Assembly (NCBI RefSeq): GCF_964204865.1
Contig: NC_135253.1
Location: 15,376,001 to 15,440,000, forward strand
Direction: 5' to 3'
Length of the DNA: 64,000 nucleotides
DNA from: Styela clava
Taxonomy: Eukaryota
In this document: positions 48,963-62,800 of the stretch, piece after piece
How the letters are laid out: the number at the start of each line of letters is the position of its first letter
Position numbering within the stretch: the stretch's first letter is position 1
The notes under the pieces: generated by a model
The model's database searches: none
Seen by the model: the letters and a program-made list of their open reading frames with translations, nothing else
What the model was told of the DNA's origin: nothing
Program-made: the position numbers and the translations under genes

Positions 48963-51900
48963 CAGTGGCGGCGCGTGGTCATTTTAACAACCGGGGCAAG
49001 CTACTGCGGGACCAAGTCACCCCCATCTACGGGGACAGGATGAGCGCTGTAAGTTCTCCCATCATTTTATGAGTATAAAAACCATTCCATCGGCAAAAGC
49101 GACAATTTTTAACGATAAGAAAGTGTCTTTAAAACCGGTCCAAGTCAAGGGATTAATAAATATATACATAGTTTATTTTGAAACCTCTTTCAAAAGGAAA
49201 GGCAATATTTACCCAGATAAATACAATGACATATTAACAGAAACTTCGGGAAAGCAGACAAAACCTAAAATAAGGTTTAAAACGTTACTATGAAGAAAGG
49301 AAAGTTAATGCAAAGATAAGGACATGCGTCGCTCACTCATAGATATATATGCTGCTAGACTTCTACTGCTTGAACATATATGCAACACGCCGCGGTTTCT
49401 TGGAAGCAAAATGCTCAATAACGCGCTGATTAAAGTCATGCATCCCAGAAATAACGTCTCTGTGAATGGATAAAACAGCCAAGGAATTTAATCTGTCTTG
49501 CTTCATTGTGTTTCTGAGATACGTTTTAATACGCTTCAGCGTGCTGAATGTTCGCTCTGCGTCGGCAAAAGAAATAGGCGTCGTCAAAATGATGTCCAGA
49601 AATTTTGCAGACGCCGCAAAGGTAGTTACTAGAGTGTTATCTATGAGGAACCCATAGAGCGCGCAAGTTGATGTGATGTTCAAAAAAGTTTGATTGGTGT
49701 ATATACATCGCAATTCATTTTCCAATTTACCCACGTTCATCATGGGGTAAAATTTGGAGATAGTAGCCAACAAATGGATGGGAAAATGACGTGCAAATTT
49801 TGAAAAATTTTTGGGGTTCATCAAAGAGAACGCGGCAAGGTGTTCACTGCGCAGACGATAGCCTATTTGATTCACCAGAATGTCACAGCATTCCTTTGCA
49901 GACAAAATCAAACGCTGCGTTGTTTACCCGCGGCGTAGAGAAGCACTCCATGTGTCGTCGTATTTTATTGTTTCCCTGATACGAGATACAGCATCGCAGA
50001 AGTCTGAAATACACGACTGCACAGACGCTCCATCCATTAGCCTTGACTGCAATGCGCCGTATAATACATCCACGTGATAGAATATTGTGGAGAAAAAATG
50101 AAAACTCACCATCTTCTAGCAGACGCTTTAGACCTGCCGCCTCCCTCACAGAGCGTTCGTCCCAAACCGGAGAGCTCTGAATGCCATTGAAACACTCAAT
50201 GAGCTCAGACCTAATTTCGGACACGCCCTGCACCACGCGTGATTGGAAGTTCCAACGTGTTGGTGCACAAGCTGGGAGACGGCGGCTACATATCTGGCGA
50301 AGGAAGTCAGAGCGCTTCGGCGAAACGGAAAAAAATGAAGAAAACCCCGAAACATTTGCAAAAAATATACGGACGAGAGGGGTATCAAGACACATATTTT
50401 TAATAACGAGGTTAAATTGGTGTGCATAACAATGTAAAAAATGCGCATGAGGAAAATCTTCTTTTATATAAACTTGAACACCATGTTTCGACCCACTCAT
50501 GACTGCCGCGCCGTCATAAGTTTGAGCTATCAATTTTGACTTCGCGTTGTAAGGCTGTAACACTTCTTTCAGTACAGCCGATATCCCGCAAGCCGTGCGA
50601 TCAACGATTGGTACAAAGCTGTGAAATCTCTCGGTAGGTTTACCATCTTTCACAAACCGAAAAATCACAGCCAGTTGGGAAACGCACGTGATGTCAGTTG
50701 TCTCGTCAGACTGAATCGAAAGGAACTGGCAATTCTCAATTTCCAGAGCCAAATGTTGTAAATAAATTTTATACATTGAGTCGAGCAAATCATTTTGGAT
50801 ATCCTTAGATGTCCCTTTCGAAACAGTTGCGGCACCAAGATGATCTCTCAATACTGTATCTAGCGATGCGGTGTATTCCACCATATCCAAAAATACCCCT
50901 CTATTAGAAGAGCCAGCCCGTTCATCGTGCCCACGGAGGGACAGCTCGTGACAACCAATGAACTTCAAAACATCTATCAATCGACCGCGAACATGGCGGT
51001 TTTCCTCGACGTTTTGGTTGTGCCTACGAATAGAAACCGCGCGTCCTTCATCCAACTGTGCTGCAATATTAACATTTCCGAATGTTCGGTATTTTACTGC
51101 ATTGTCCAGATGCTCTATAGAAGATTGATGATCCCTGGCACGCTTGGAAAGATGTTTAAGATCTCTAAAACCAAATTTACACCAACGTGAGTCACGGGCG
51201 GTAACAAAAAGTAGGCAATAAAAACAAAAAAGTGCATTTTTGTCCTCGCTGTAACACATCCATTCGTGTTTTTTATACCAAGTTTCTGCGCAGAATGTAC
51301 GCCGACGCTTTTCTCCGTCATTGGATTGTTCCCGTGAACAATTTTTTGGTTGATAAGGCCCAAGACGTTGTACCACTAATTTTTGTTCCAGCGGCAGCTG
51401 CGAAAACGGAGTGCGAAGTAGTGCATCAACCTTATTCATTATGAGGTCTAAGGCTAAGAAATGCGAAGCCGGAAAGAGGTGAGAAGCTCAAAAGGAATGT
51501 GGAAAATCGAAAGCAAATGGACCGAAGGTCTCTAACTGATTCAAATAGCGAAACAAGCGACAAAAACGAAGGCGAGGAAACTATCAACTCTTCAAGCAAC
51601 CAACAAACGAGAAGGAATGCGTGAATATGTCAACACGTTGTTGTAGGAAACGTCGGCATTGTGGCGTCATAATTTCGGGGCTAGCCCCGATCGGCCCCGA
51701 TGATTTAGTAAAAGAAACAGAAAACAAACGTGGCGAGTGGAAGATAAAAGAGAGAATACGATATACAATGAGCAACCGGGGCAAAATCGCCGTCGCCCCG
51801 TCGACGTTCGGCGAAGGCTTTGCGAGCGAAAAATGAACCATGTCGGGAGAATATGGCTAGTGTAGACAGTCTGTGCAACCGATATTGAGGTATTTTTCGA

Positions 51901-51968
51901 ATATTTTTAATTATACCGAAAAAAACCGGGGCATTGCCCCGGTTGGCCCTATTGACGCGCCGCCACTG
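48963..51968 (-). mobile_element. Full-length hAT DNA transposon (ZMYM1/DUF4371 type), present only in copy B
   Basis: TIRs cagtggcggcgcgt / acgcgccgccactg; imperfect TSD gtcatttg / (ga)ctcatttg; empty site at ~31497-31504. Confidence 0.9.
49363..51439 (-). pseudogene. hAT transposase with a frameshift (~50095) and a premature stop (49924-49926)
   Basis: TTF-type Zn finger (FCFYC...H), LRGHDE, SDETTD, QTYDGAAVMSG, HCYAHQFNL, PTRW and the hATC dimerisation motif AERTFSTLKRIKTYLRNTM, spread over three ORFs. Confidence 0.9.
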
Positions 51969-52212
51969 GACTCATTTGACAGTGGATCATAAATCATTGT
52001 ATATTCTGAAATTTTTTTGTGTGCCCAAAACGTTGTTTTGGTTGCTAATCTATTTTCCGAGTTGACTGGTCTTCCCTAATGGAACTAATAAAGTAGTTGA
52101 TTTGCTTTAGGCTTATTAGTTAAGTAGTATATATATGTCGAACACAACATGTTTTTGTTGTTGAAAACAATGGAAAACACAACATATTTTGTATATATTT
52201 TTGTATATATTT

Positions 52213-53373
52213 TTTTTTTACAAGAAATCGATAGTTCAACATATTATTTACCACAGAGATTCTTTTTCACAGACTTTACTGTTGTTTTTGATAATTTGTG
52301 AATGCAATCAGCATTTCAAGTACATGTACCCACACTACTTGCATTTTGAAATTTGGATTTCATCAATATTACGTAAGTCAGTACGTATATGTGAGTATTA
52401 TACGTCAGCGAAACATGACTGTATTCCTCATAGCAATGCTCGTATTAGAAGTGAATAAGATATGATTTATTTGATTAGCTTTTAGCATTGGCAGCTTTCG
52501 TTTATGTTCTTTAGCTTCCCAAATGTGTTAGTCATTAAATTTATGGTATATTTTGTATGTGTTTATATATTTGAGTATTGAGCAATATATATGAGGGACG
52601 GGTTTAAATCTTCTTTTTTGAGCCGAGTGATGCAGAGTGGTAATTTATTTCGTGTTTAGGAAATCATGCAATGTCGTAGTTAAGTTTTGTGCATCTGTTG
52701 ATTGGAAACAACCATAAGGATGTACTGACTTTAGTAGAAAATTGGCAACTGAGTTGACATAATTAAATTCAAAAAACGCATGTTTACTGACCGACGTATG
52801 TTAAAATAATTGAAAAACGATTGTTATTGGAGGTTTAGCGAGAAATAAAATGCAACAGGCTGCGCATCGGTTTAAAAAAGAAAAATTACAATATAAAACA
52901 GCTGACAAAAAAAAGGTCGTGTTTTCCGGTCTAGTCTTTTGATTTGTATTTTTACAGTTGTTTTCATTTTTTATTACTGTTTTATTTTATTTTCGGTTTA
53001 TTTTTAATTTTAAAAATTTTATTTTATTTTTTTTTTTTTTAAATTTTACAAGAAATCGATAGTTCGACATATTATTTACCACAGAGATTTTTTTTCACAG
53101 ACTTTACTGTTGTTTTTGATAATTTGCGAATGCAATCAGCATTTCGAGTACATGTACCCACACTACTTGCATTTTGCAATTTGGATTTCATCAATATCAC
53201 GTAAGTCAGTACGTATATGTGAGTATTATACGTCAGCGAAACATGACTGTATTCCTCATACCAATGCTCGCAAGTAGATTGTTCTTCCTCGTATTAGAAG
53301 TGAATAAGATATGATTTATTTGATTAGCTTTTATCATTGACAGCTTTCGTTTATGTACTTTAGCTTCCCAAAT
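52213..53373. repeat. Direct repeat of ~310 bp (52213-52524 and ~53043-53373), followed by a hAT-like end ggcaacccta
   Basis: ttttacaagaaatcgatagttc...ttagcttcccaaat is present twice. Confidence 0.85.
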
Positions 53374-54822
53374 AGGCAACCCTAGTGATTTCCCTACATT
53401 CCCCAGATGTGATGCCAGACTTCAATACCTAACTTCGGTAAAATTGTCTTTGAATATTCAGAAAATGGCATATTTATCAGTGTAGAGTAGATGGTCTGTC
53501 ATATACATAACACATTTTTATAAGTTGCAAATAGTTTCATCGCTATTGGCAAAATATTTACCACCCTCTAAATTTCGAAACACAACCCCCCAATAATGAA
53601 AATATATATATATCGGCTGCGATATATATCAGCTTCTCCTATCAAATCCTTCACCCAAATATATCTAAATCAATTTTGGAATACTTATATTTTGACTAAC
53701 ACTAGATATGAAACAAGCTTGCCTGGTGGAATGCCTTAAAATTCATCTCACTAATTTCTAGTATACGCCTGAAAAAAAGTACGAGTTTAAAAATAAATAT
53801 TTTTACAAATCTTTATAAGGTATTGAAATAATAACTATATATCTGTTGTTATGACTCACGCAGCGTAGGTAGCCATTACTTTCAATTATTTCATTTCCTA
53901 CTAAGCTGAAATGTGGGTGGAGTTTTTTCGTTCCACGCTCCACGTACTGCTTTAACCATGAACAAGAACAATCCTTTTCGAAACTTCAATGGTCATCTTA
54001 GAATTTAGATGGTGTTTCAAATTTTTATTGTTTGTTGTTGACATCAGCAAAACGTCAGTAAACATTTATATAGCGAATCTGAACAATCACTACATTTCTA
54101 TTGACAGTGGGGGAAAATGTACATTTTGAGTTGAACCTATGTGGCCTATTTTTGAGTAAATAAATCTATGCATTGGTATCAAAAATCTGCGCATTGGAAT
54201 ATTATTTTTCGCATAATTTATTCTGTATATCAAAGTCTCAAGCATTCGGAATGTTCGAGAGGAGGCCGAGATTGGAGAATCAACCTATAAGATCCAATAT
54301 TTTCATTTCGAGTTCAGATTTATAGTAAGATGTAAGGAGTTTTCTAGAAGCCATTCTTTTATTTTTAGGAATTCCTTCGATGCTCTCAACCCAATTTGGG
54401 TTTTTTATTATTCACAGCACGCTTTCATATAACATTCGTACAATTCTTTTAGAATTCGGTTGTAATTTTTGCTGAGATTGCGACGGTATTTTGAAGGTTA
54501 TATCCATAGATATATGTAAATACTGCTATATAAGTTTAATATGAAAGCAAACTTCCAACAAGCAGTGACTCAATAGCACGAGTTGTTTTCTACGAAAAGG
54601 AGCTCTATGTATTAGCATATTTCTGTATAAAAAGACCGAGTTGTCTGCATGATGATTTGGATGTATACCGAAAAAAAAAAAAAATAGAAAGAAATAAAAC
54701 ATACTTTGGAAAGATGCAAACAATCAATTTTAGCTATCATGCGAGAATATAGGGAGAACGCGGTCTTGATCTTACTGCGTATTTTATGCAAACGATTCGA
54801 CTTTCAAGCAAGCTCTGATATT

Positions 54823-54894
54823 CAGGCTTGTCCATGGGACACATTTTTCTGTCCCATTCCCATCCCATAGAAATTATGCCTGTCCCATCCCATC
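54823..54894. mobile_element. Truncated CAGGCTTGTCCAT-family MITE end
   Basis: Reverse complement of the right end of 8621-8953 and 13339-13767. Confidence 0.75.
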
Positions 54895-54994
54895 AGCGAA
54901 ATACAACAAATTTATAGATTTTATCAATGATTACACTGACAATAAAAAATTGGTAAATTTTGACTTTTCCTTATAACTATCAGCAAATATATAC

Positions 54995-55970
54995 CTTAGT
55001 TTTTACATCAACTTCATTTTCTAAACAAGCGAAAAATTACAGTTCATTACTATAAAAAATTATAAATTACTTTTTAAAGCTTTTGAAGAAAATAAAAATA
55101 CATTTTCAAAATTCATTAAACATTATTGATCAAAAATTAAATAAAGAACCTAATCACACTATAAAACTTCCACGCCCGAAGGACTAAGTTGTATATACTT
55201 ATCGCTTTGTGTAAAAACTTTCACTTGAATCGTTTTTTATTTTAATTTTTAAATTTTCACTTCATTGGACGCGAAATGGACGTGTCCTTTGTCCTGTCCG
55301 ATATCCATTTTGTTATTATGCTATTGTTGTAGTTGGAATTCTTCTTTTTGTTGTGAAGAAAAAATCGCGTTTCTCATTAACTACAAGACCAATTGCTTTT
55401 GCTTTGATTAGTTTCAAAGACTTGTGTGGTCTTTATGGAATTATTCATTCCAAAATTTTTAACTCTTAACTATATGCACATATATATTTGAGTTTTTACA
55501 CCAACTTCATCTTGCAGTCAAGCGAAAAATTACAGCTTATAATTAGAGAAAAATAAATTAGTTTTTAAAATTTTTGATAAAAAAAAACACACTTCTCTTA
55601 TTTTTAACATTCATAAAACAGTATTCATCAAAAAATAAATGAAGAATCTAATTATATTGCAAAACTTCCACGCCAGAAGGACCAAATAATATATACCTAT
55701 GAGAAATGCTTCGCGTCAGCATCTTTGTTTTGAATTGTTTTTTATTTCCATTTTGGAACTTCATTTTATTGGACACGAAATGTACCTATAATTGCTTTCT
55801 TTTTCATGTTATTGTTACGTTATTGTCGGTGTAATTTCACTTTTTGTCGCTTTTCTCTATCTATGGAACCAATTGCTTTGAATTTTGCAGTGGTTAAAGA
55901 TCGTTGTACTCTAATTAATTTAAAAAACTTTTGTGGGCTCTATGGATTGTATTTTTTTCATTCCAAAATT
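54995..55970. repeat. Diverged tandem duplication, ~480-bp unit
   Basis: Shared blocks agtttttaca.caacttcat, aagcgaaaaattacag, aaaacttccacgcc, accaattgcttt and cattccaaaatt occur twice in the same order. Confidence 0.7.
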
Positions 55971-58359
55971 AAAAAAAATGCGTCAGTCTGCTGATACTGT
56001 ACGATTATGATGCTATTTCATTTTGGCTTTCGTGTCCATATATTGGAGCATTGATCTTTTGTTTTTATAAGAGCAAGCAAGGCCATGCGCACTGACTCAG
56101 GAGTAAAGGAGACTGACCTCGATACATTGTACGAGTTAAAAATAAAATCTCCGGCAAATGTTGTTCATATGTCAAAAAAAAAACTTGAGCACATTGATTA
56201 TTCTACAAAATCGAATTTAATGAACAACCCCAGCAAAATCAGAACCAATATATCCTAGAAAATTTTCTGTCAGGGTTTTTTGACGTTGGCAAGATATAGA
56301 GATTTGAATTATACGTTTTTTTTTACTAAAATCGCGGCATTGGGCCTTTCAGCAAATCTTACGATGGAAATTTTGGACTTGCAGAATATTACGGAATCTG
56401 CAACGTAGAGTGTTCTATCCACTGTAAACATCACAAAGATAGAAACTATATTCATCAAATAAACTGTCGCAGGTTCAATTATTATTCGTTTTCATACGTT
56501 TTCAGTGTACGTAACTAATCAGTAGAGTAAATCCACATCTTGCAATCAAACTTGATTCTAAAAATATAAAAAATATGATTTGTCTCAATATTATTCCGCA
56601 TGATGCAAATGTATTTGGTGTACTTGCTTCTGAATCTACTTATTTTGGGGATTGCACTCAATACAGCATTCCACTTTTTAGATGTATATATTCGCTTTTA
56701 ACAAACTTTGAAGTTAAAGAGATTACAAAAAATTAGTCTTAAGTGACCACTAACTGTATGCAAATAAAAATTATTTTTTAAAGGCACAAGTTGATATGGT
56801 ATCACAAGAAGAATATTTTTTCGTCTGGAACAATTATGAAAAACGCAAAATGATAAATCGCTGATAAGAACACACTTCGGATTGAGAGTGCGCTACCGGT
56901 AAAGTTTTCTCGGATAGGATACGGTCGAACGAAAACTTTAACTTACCCTTGCCGGTATTTTTACGCAGGAACGTAGCAAAGTTGAAAATGTGTAATATTA
57001 GGCTGTGATTAAAGAGCATTGTTTTTGCACATATACTAAATCAAAAACACTCACTTGATCCTGTTGATTGCACCTCGGACGTAATTTTGGTAATGCGTAC
57101 TCAATTCTGTACTTGAATGCACTGGAAAATGGAACCGTTCCAGACCAATGTAGTTGTACTTCGCTGATTGAAATTATTGAGAAGATTTTAATAATATATC
57201 TGTCCTAAGGCTACCATAATAACAGAAACAAGAGAGCAATTTTCAAATATATGTACACGTTAACCAGAGCGAAGCAATGCTTATCTTTGACGCTACCGGT
57301 ACCCTCCAAAAATTTCCGAGTTACTCGTAGCTAGAATTTACAGTATCTAACTGGACAGCCAGAGTTCCCATGGATAAAATAATACAGCGAAATTTTGGAC
57401 GAAATATCAGATTTCATACGAAATTTAGACAATAGGAAAGTAATAGCCTTCTGGCAAAAAATCAATCTTTAACCACTGAAAATTTTAAAGCCATTGTCCA
57501 AGTATTCGAAGAGAGAAGCTATTTTTAATGATAATGATGACGAATAACAAGAACAACAACAACATAATATCGAAACAATCGCTCTGTCCATGAGCGTGTC
57601 CAAAAACAAAGACATTGGAAGAAAGGTAAGGTTTGTTTTTTCGTCCGGGTGTCAACGGATCGTGGAAGTACTACATCGAGTTACTCGTGGCGTCAAATTT
57701 AATACCCATTCGAAAACCGATGCTCTTTTCTTTAGCTACTGGACTAAACGCTTTCGAAATATAAGATGTTGAATATAGTGTCATCCTCTAAAAAAATTTA
57801 CTTTCCTTTTTACATGAATCATCAGGACTTCCTGTGCTCATTGTAACACCACATATTGTTTTAAGTTGAACTACGGCGTGGTTTTTCCGATGAGCCAATT
57901 TTCCGAGCAAGTATTAAAAATAGTGAGACAAAAATAGAACAATATAACAGAGTTGAACGATGATTTAGCAAAACTTTCCACAGGTTTATTCATGTTCAAT
58001 AGGCTACTGAGATGATAACTTTCATTTAGTTACAATAGCTTACTTTCATTGCATATTGCATTAAATGTTTCGTTTTATCATATGAAAGAGAGACCGCTTT
58101 CTTTACACCAGGCATCGTTATAAATATCAACTTTTTTGCGGTATTCAAAACTTCGCGAAGATCCTGAGGACCAAAAATAAAATGGAAAGTTGTTATCAAA
58201 ATTACCTTGACAGCGAACGTTCATTATGATTATTATAATATAAAATTAATGATATCGTGGTAAGGACATTCTCTAAAGTCTAAACTATACATTGTCAGTA
58301 ATCATAATTACATACCAATCAGTTCTTATTGGTGACAGCACATTTGAACCCACGTACAT

Positions 58360-59425
58360 TTGCACCCGCAAACTGCACCCAAGACATTTGAACCTCTATA
58401 CTATTGCATGTCTTTGTCTAATCCTGGCCACCAGAAATAACTTCGAGCCAAAGATTTCATTTTCACAATTCCAACATGACCATCATGCAATTCTTTTAAC
58501 AAACGTGATCTCAGAGAATTTGGTATGATTACTCTTGAACCCCACATCAAACAACCCTCATGTGCCGTTATTTCCCGTTTATGAAAATAGTAGGGCTTGA
58601 TACTGGGTTTTTGTGACTGGAACAACGACCACCCTTTCATTACAGAGTCATATACTTCCATTAAATCAGCGTCACAACAAGTTTGATTTCTAACTTGTTT
58701 GCACGTTATCGGCAGAGAGTCACAAATGGCAAAGCTGTTTACTGTAGCATCGGTAATATCGTCTTCAGTTTCGTTCTCTTGTGCTTCAAGCGGCATTCCA
58801 GATAACCCATCTGCGTTACAGTGTTTTGCCGTTGGTTTGAATTCAATTTCATAGTCCAAACCTGCTAGAAACAAAGCATATCTTTGTAACCTTGCAGCTG
58901 TTGTAACAGGGATACCTTTGTTTGGATGGAAAATAGACGTTAGAGGACGGTGATCGGTAACTAGAGTAAATTTCCTTCCACATACGTAACAATAGAACTT
59001 TTTGACTCCCCAAATAATTGCAAGGGCCTCTTTCTCTATTTGTGAATATTTCCTTTGTGTCTCGGTAAGCGATTTTGAAGCAAAAGCTATGGGACGTTTG
59101 GAACCATCTTTCATTACATGAGACATTACCGCCCCGAGACCATACTGTGAAGCATCACATGCCAGTTTTAAAGTTAATGAAGGATCATAATGAGTTAATA
59201 CAGTGCTCGAGGTCATAAGCTTTTTGGCTTCGAGAAACGCTTTTTCGCAGTATTTAGTCCACTTCCATCTGCAATTAGCCCTGACCCTGAGCAGACAATT
59301 TAAAGGATACAGTACAGATGACAAATTCGCAATAAATCTTTGATAGTAATTAACCATGCCAATAAATGATCTCACTTGACTGACATTTTCCGGCCTCGGT
59401 GCGTCACGAATCGCTTTAATTTTAG
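58360..59425 (-). mobile_element. Ty3/Gypsy pol relic (RT end, RNase H, integrase H2C2 Zn finger)
   Basis: KIKAIRDAPRPENVSQVRSFIGMVNYY, LACDASQYGLGAV, YSQIEKEALAI, TDHRPL, NADGLS and LHDGHVG...WWPG, then a stop. The 5' side is cut by a hAT end at 59426. Confidence 0.92.
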
Positions 59426-59837
59426 CAGTGGCGGCGCGTCAATAGGGCCAACCGGGGCAATGCCCCGGTTGTTTTTTCGGTATAATAAAAAATATTCGAA
59501 AAATACCTCAATATCGGTTGCACAGACTGTCTACACTAGCCATATTCTCCCGACATGGTTCATTTTTCGCTCGCAAAGCCTTCGCCGAACGTCGACGGGG
59601 CGACGCCGATTTTGCCCCGGTTGCTCATTGTATATCGTATTCTCTCTTTTATCTTCCACTCGCCGCGTTTGTCTCGTTTGTTTTCTGTTTCTTTTACTAA
59701 ATCATCGGGGCCGATCGGGGCTAGCCCCGAAATTATGACGACATAATGCCGACGTTTCTTACAACAACGTGTTGACGTATTCACGCATTCCTTCTCGTCC
59801 GTTGGTTGCTTGAAGAGTTGATAGTTCCCTCGCCTTC
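59426..59837 (+). mobile_element. 5' end of a second copy of the 48963-51968 hAT family
   Basis: Reverse complement of ~51567-51968 with few differences; begins with the TIR cagtggcggcgcgtc. Confidence 0.9.
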
Positions 59838-62800
59838 TGTAAATGATGGCTCAGCCGTCATTTTATTTATTGCCCTTTGTCGCTTCATTGTGGTACTTAG
59901 ATTGTTGCGCAAGTTTGTCTCGTGGTTGCGCCATTTTTCAGGATTTTGTTGAACAGGCTGACAGGGTTTGTGCTTCTCTGATTTGGTCTAATATATTATT
60001 CTTTTTCCATACAGTTAAGATTGTTTAAATGTTAAATATTGAAGTACCTGCTTGTTTGTGATATTATTAGCCGAAAAAATCGGTAAGTCATATTTTATGT
60101 GAAGATATTTCTGTATTTAGGAATTCATTTGCTGAGTGTTCCTACTTGCTTAATATATGATTTTCATTCCAAATTCATATTAGTATAAAATAAGTAAAAC
60201 ACTGTGTGGACAAGTTATTGTCTGCTCTTTATTCATAAGTTATTCATGCCTTCTTTATCGTGTGATCAAGTACCGGTAGCCTATACTGTATTTTGCCAAT
60301 GTCTCTGGTATTTTTAGATCATCACTGTTGTGTTTTGCTTATAAGTTTTACTCTTATTTTAATTGCAGTTTACACACTTCTTCAATTCATTGAGACTTTA
60401 TATTGGAACATTTCATCAGTCCACTGAGACACTATTTTGGAACGCTTCATAACATCTAAGTTATTTCATTTGGTCATTTTTGAACACGATTTGGAAGTAA
60501 CATCAAAACATTGTGTTGGACAGTTTCTTGGGGTTTCCAGGTTTCAGTGAGTGCAGCAGTGAGTTAAACGACGGTTATACCTACACGGCGGAACATACGA
60601 CTGCGAGTCTGCGACAAAAGGGTTAAATAGACTGTTAGATTCGTAGCATCGTGAACAGCGGCCGTAATAGTAAACGATTTTGTCGATTGCTAACCAAGTT
60701 AGTAAACGATTTGGCTTTACTAACCAAGTTAGTAAACAATTTTACACTATTGCAAACAAGTTGGTAAAAGATTTCAAGATCTACTAAGCAAGTCAGTAGA
60801 ACAATATCAGAATATTGATGATCAATAAACATGTTATTGTAATTTTGCGAAACTTCACCCTATCAGTGAATACAAGATATTTATACCAAGAAAAGGGAAT
60901 ATACATTATTAATCATGGCTACAGCAAGATCTACAAATGCAAGTGATGACGTGGACTCTAATTCTGGTAATGATATGAGAGAAAATCCCAGAAGGTCTGA
61001 ACGTAGCAGAACACTTACAGAAAAAGGACAAGAATATCAAGTTAAAATGCTTCTGGAAAGGTGTAAGTCGAAATTTGAATTGTTTTCAAAAATAAGAATG
61101 AAGCTCCTGAAAAGTATTGATGATGGTGTCTCATTGCGTACTATAAAAGACGATTTGAAAACCTTCGAATTATGTTTTCATGGCTATCGTACAGCACATA
61201 AGGAGTATGTAGCATTGTTAGTTGATGCCAATGCTATTAATGAAGAAAATGATATTTTCATAAATGCTCAACATTTGTTTGAAGAATTTCGTGCTAAAGC
61301 GATTGAAGAAATTAGAAGCATCGAGACTGATAAAGATGTCAGTTCTGTACATACCAGTCTTTCAAGATATTCTCATAGATCTTATTCTTCATCATCGAGT
61401 TCATCTGTGGCGTTTAGGCTGGCTGAAATAGCTGCCAAGAAAGCCTCATTACAAGCAAAAGCTAGTTTTGCTGAAACTGAAGTAAAAATTGCACAAGAGG
61501 AGGCAAAATTGAAATCAGAATTAGCACAAGCAGATGCAAAATTGAAGTCAGAACTAGCACAAACAGAAGCAAAACTCAAAGCTGAAGCTGTAAGGCTTCA
61601 AGCAAACGTACAACAAGCTGAAATACAATTACAAGCTGACAAGAGAAGAATGAATCTGCAAAAGGAAATTGCTAAAGCAGAAGCAGAAGAGAATATTTTT
61701 GCTCAAATTGATTGTGAAAATGATAGCTTTAGTAGACGTGATGTAACACATTTTGCACCGAACGAACCTTTTGTAGTAAGTCCGCATCAATTCCATACTG
61801 CTGAACAAACTGCTTTAACGAATGAAAATTTGGTACCGGCACCTGAAAATACAGCTGTACCATTTGTTACAAATCATATGAATGCAAATCCTGCTTATTC
61901 GAACACTGCTGAAAACGAAGTTTCAAATCCATTGAATTTGTCTACTGCACCACAAAACCCATCGGCAGATGGCGCTAGTAGTTCAGAAATTAAAAGATTA
62001 GTTGAAACAGTTGTTGATATTCAACAAAGGGCTTCATTGCCAAATGAAGAACCAGAAGTTTTTGATGGTAATTTATTGAAATTCCCTATATGGCTTGGAG
62101 ATTTTGAAGATCTTATTGAAAGAAATGTTCGAAACCCTAACAGGCGTCTTCGTTATCTTTTGAAGTATACGACTGGAGATGCAAGAAAGGCTATTGAAGG
62201 TTTCATGGGCATAGATGATGAAAATTCATATAATGAAGCAAAAGCGACACTAATGGAGTGGTATGGCGACTCAGCTACAATATCCAGAGCTTACAAGCAA
62301 AGACTGAAGCAATGGCCTATCATACCTATGGATGATGGCGGAAAAGGAATGCGTGAGTTTTGTCATTTTCTTACTAGTTGTAAGCTATTGGTAAAAAATT
62401 CTACGTTACTGAAGAAATTGGATGATGAAGACTTAATCCAAGTTCTTGTTTTGAAATTGCCAAAGTCGGCAAGAGATAGATGGTCGTCAAATGCATGTGA
62501 ATATCATAGAAAACATGGAAGCTTTCCACCATTTTCTGAATTCCGTGATCATGTCAAGAAAATATCGAAAGTAACTACACTTCCTCTGTATGGAACTGGA
62601 GTACTTGATGAACTTGTGGCTAACAATAAGAAAGCTGCAAATGTACCCGTTAGAAGAAGGACTTATAATAGAGGTTCTCACTCGTACTCTATTGATGCAA
62701 GCGAAGAAGTTCACAGTTCTCGACAAACAGCTAAGTCGAAAACTACCCATTTCTCAGATTCGTGTGTGTGTTGTAAAGGATCACATGATCTGAATGATTG

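Larger units (their letters stand above)
32760..52120 (+). repeat. Segmental duplication, copy B
   Basis: Colinear with 20823-31660, plus a 7.2-kb and a 3.0-kb insertion and without the 22915-24494 element. Confidence 0.95.

Noticed and set aside
51584-51841. Small ORFs repeated at 59376-59784
   Set aside because: Non-coding 5' terminal region of the hAT family; the frames differ between copies.
61495-61590. 33-nt tandem repeat (AKLKSELAQ)
   Set aside because: Ordinary coiled-coil expansion within BEL Gag.
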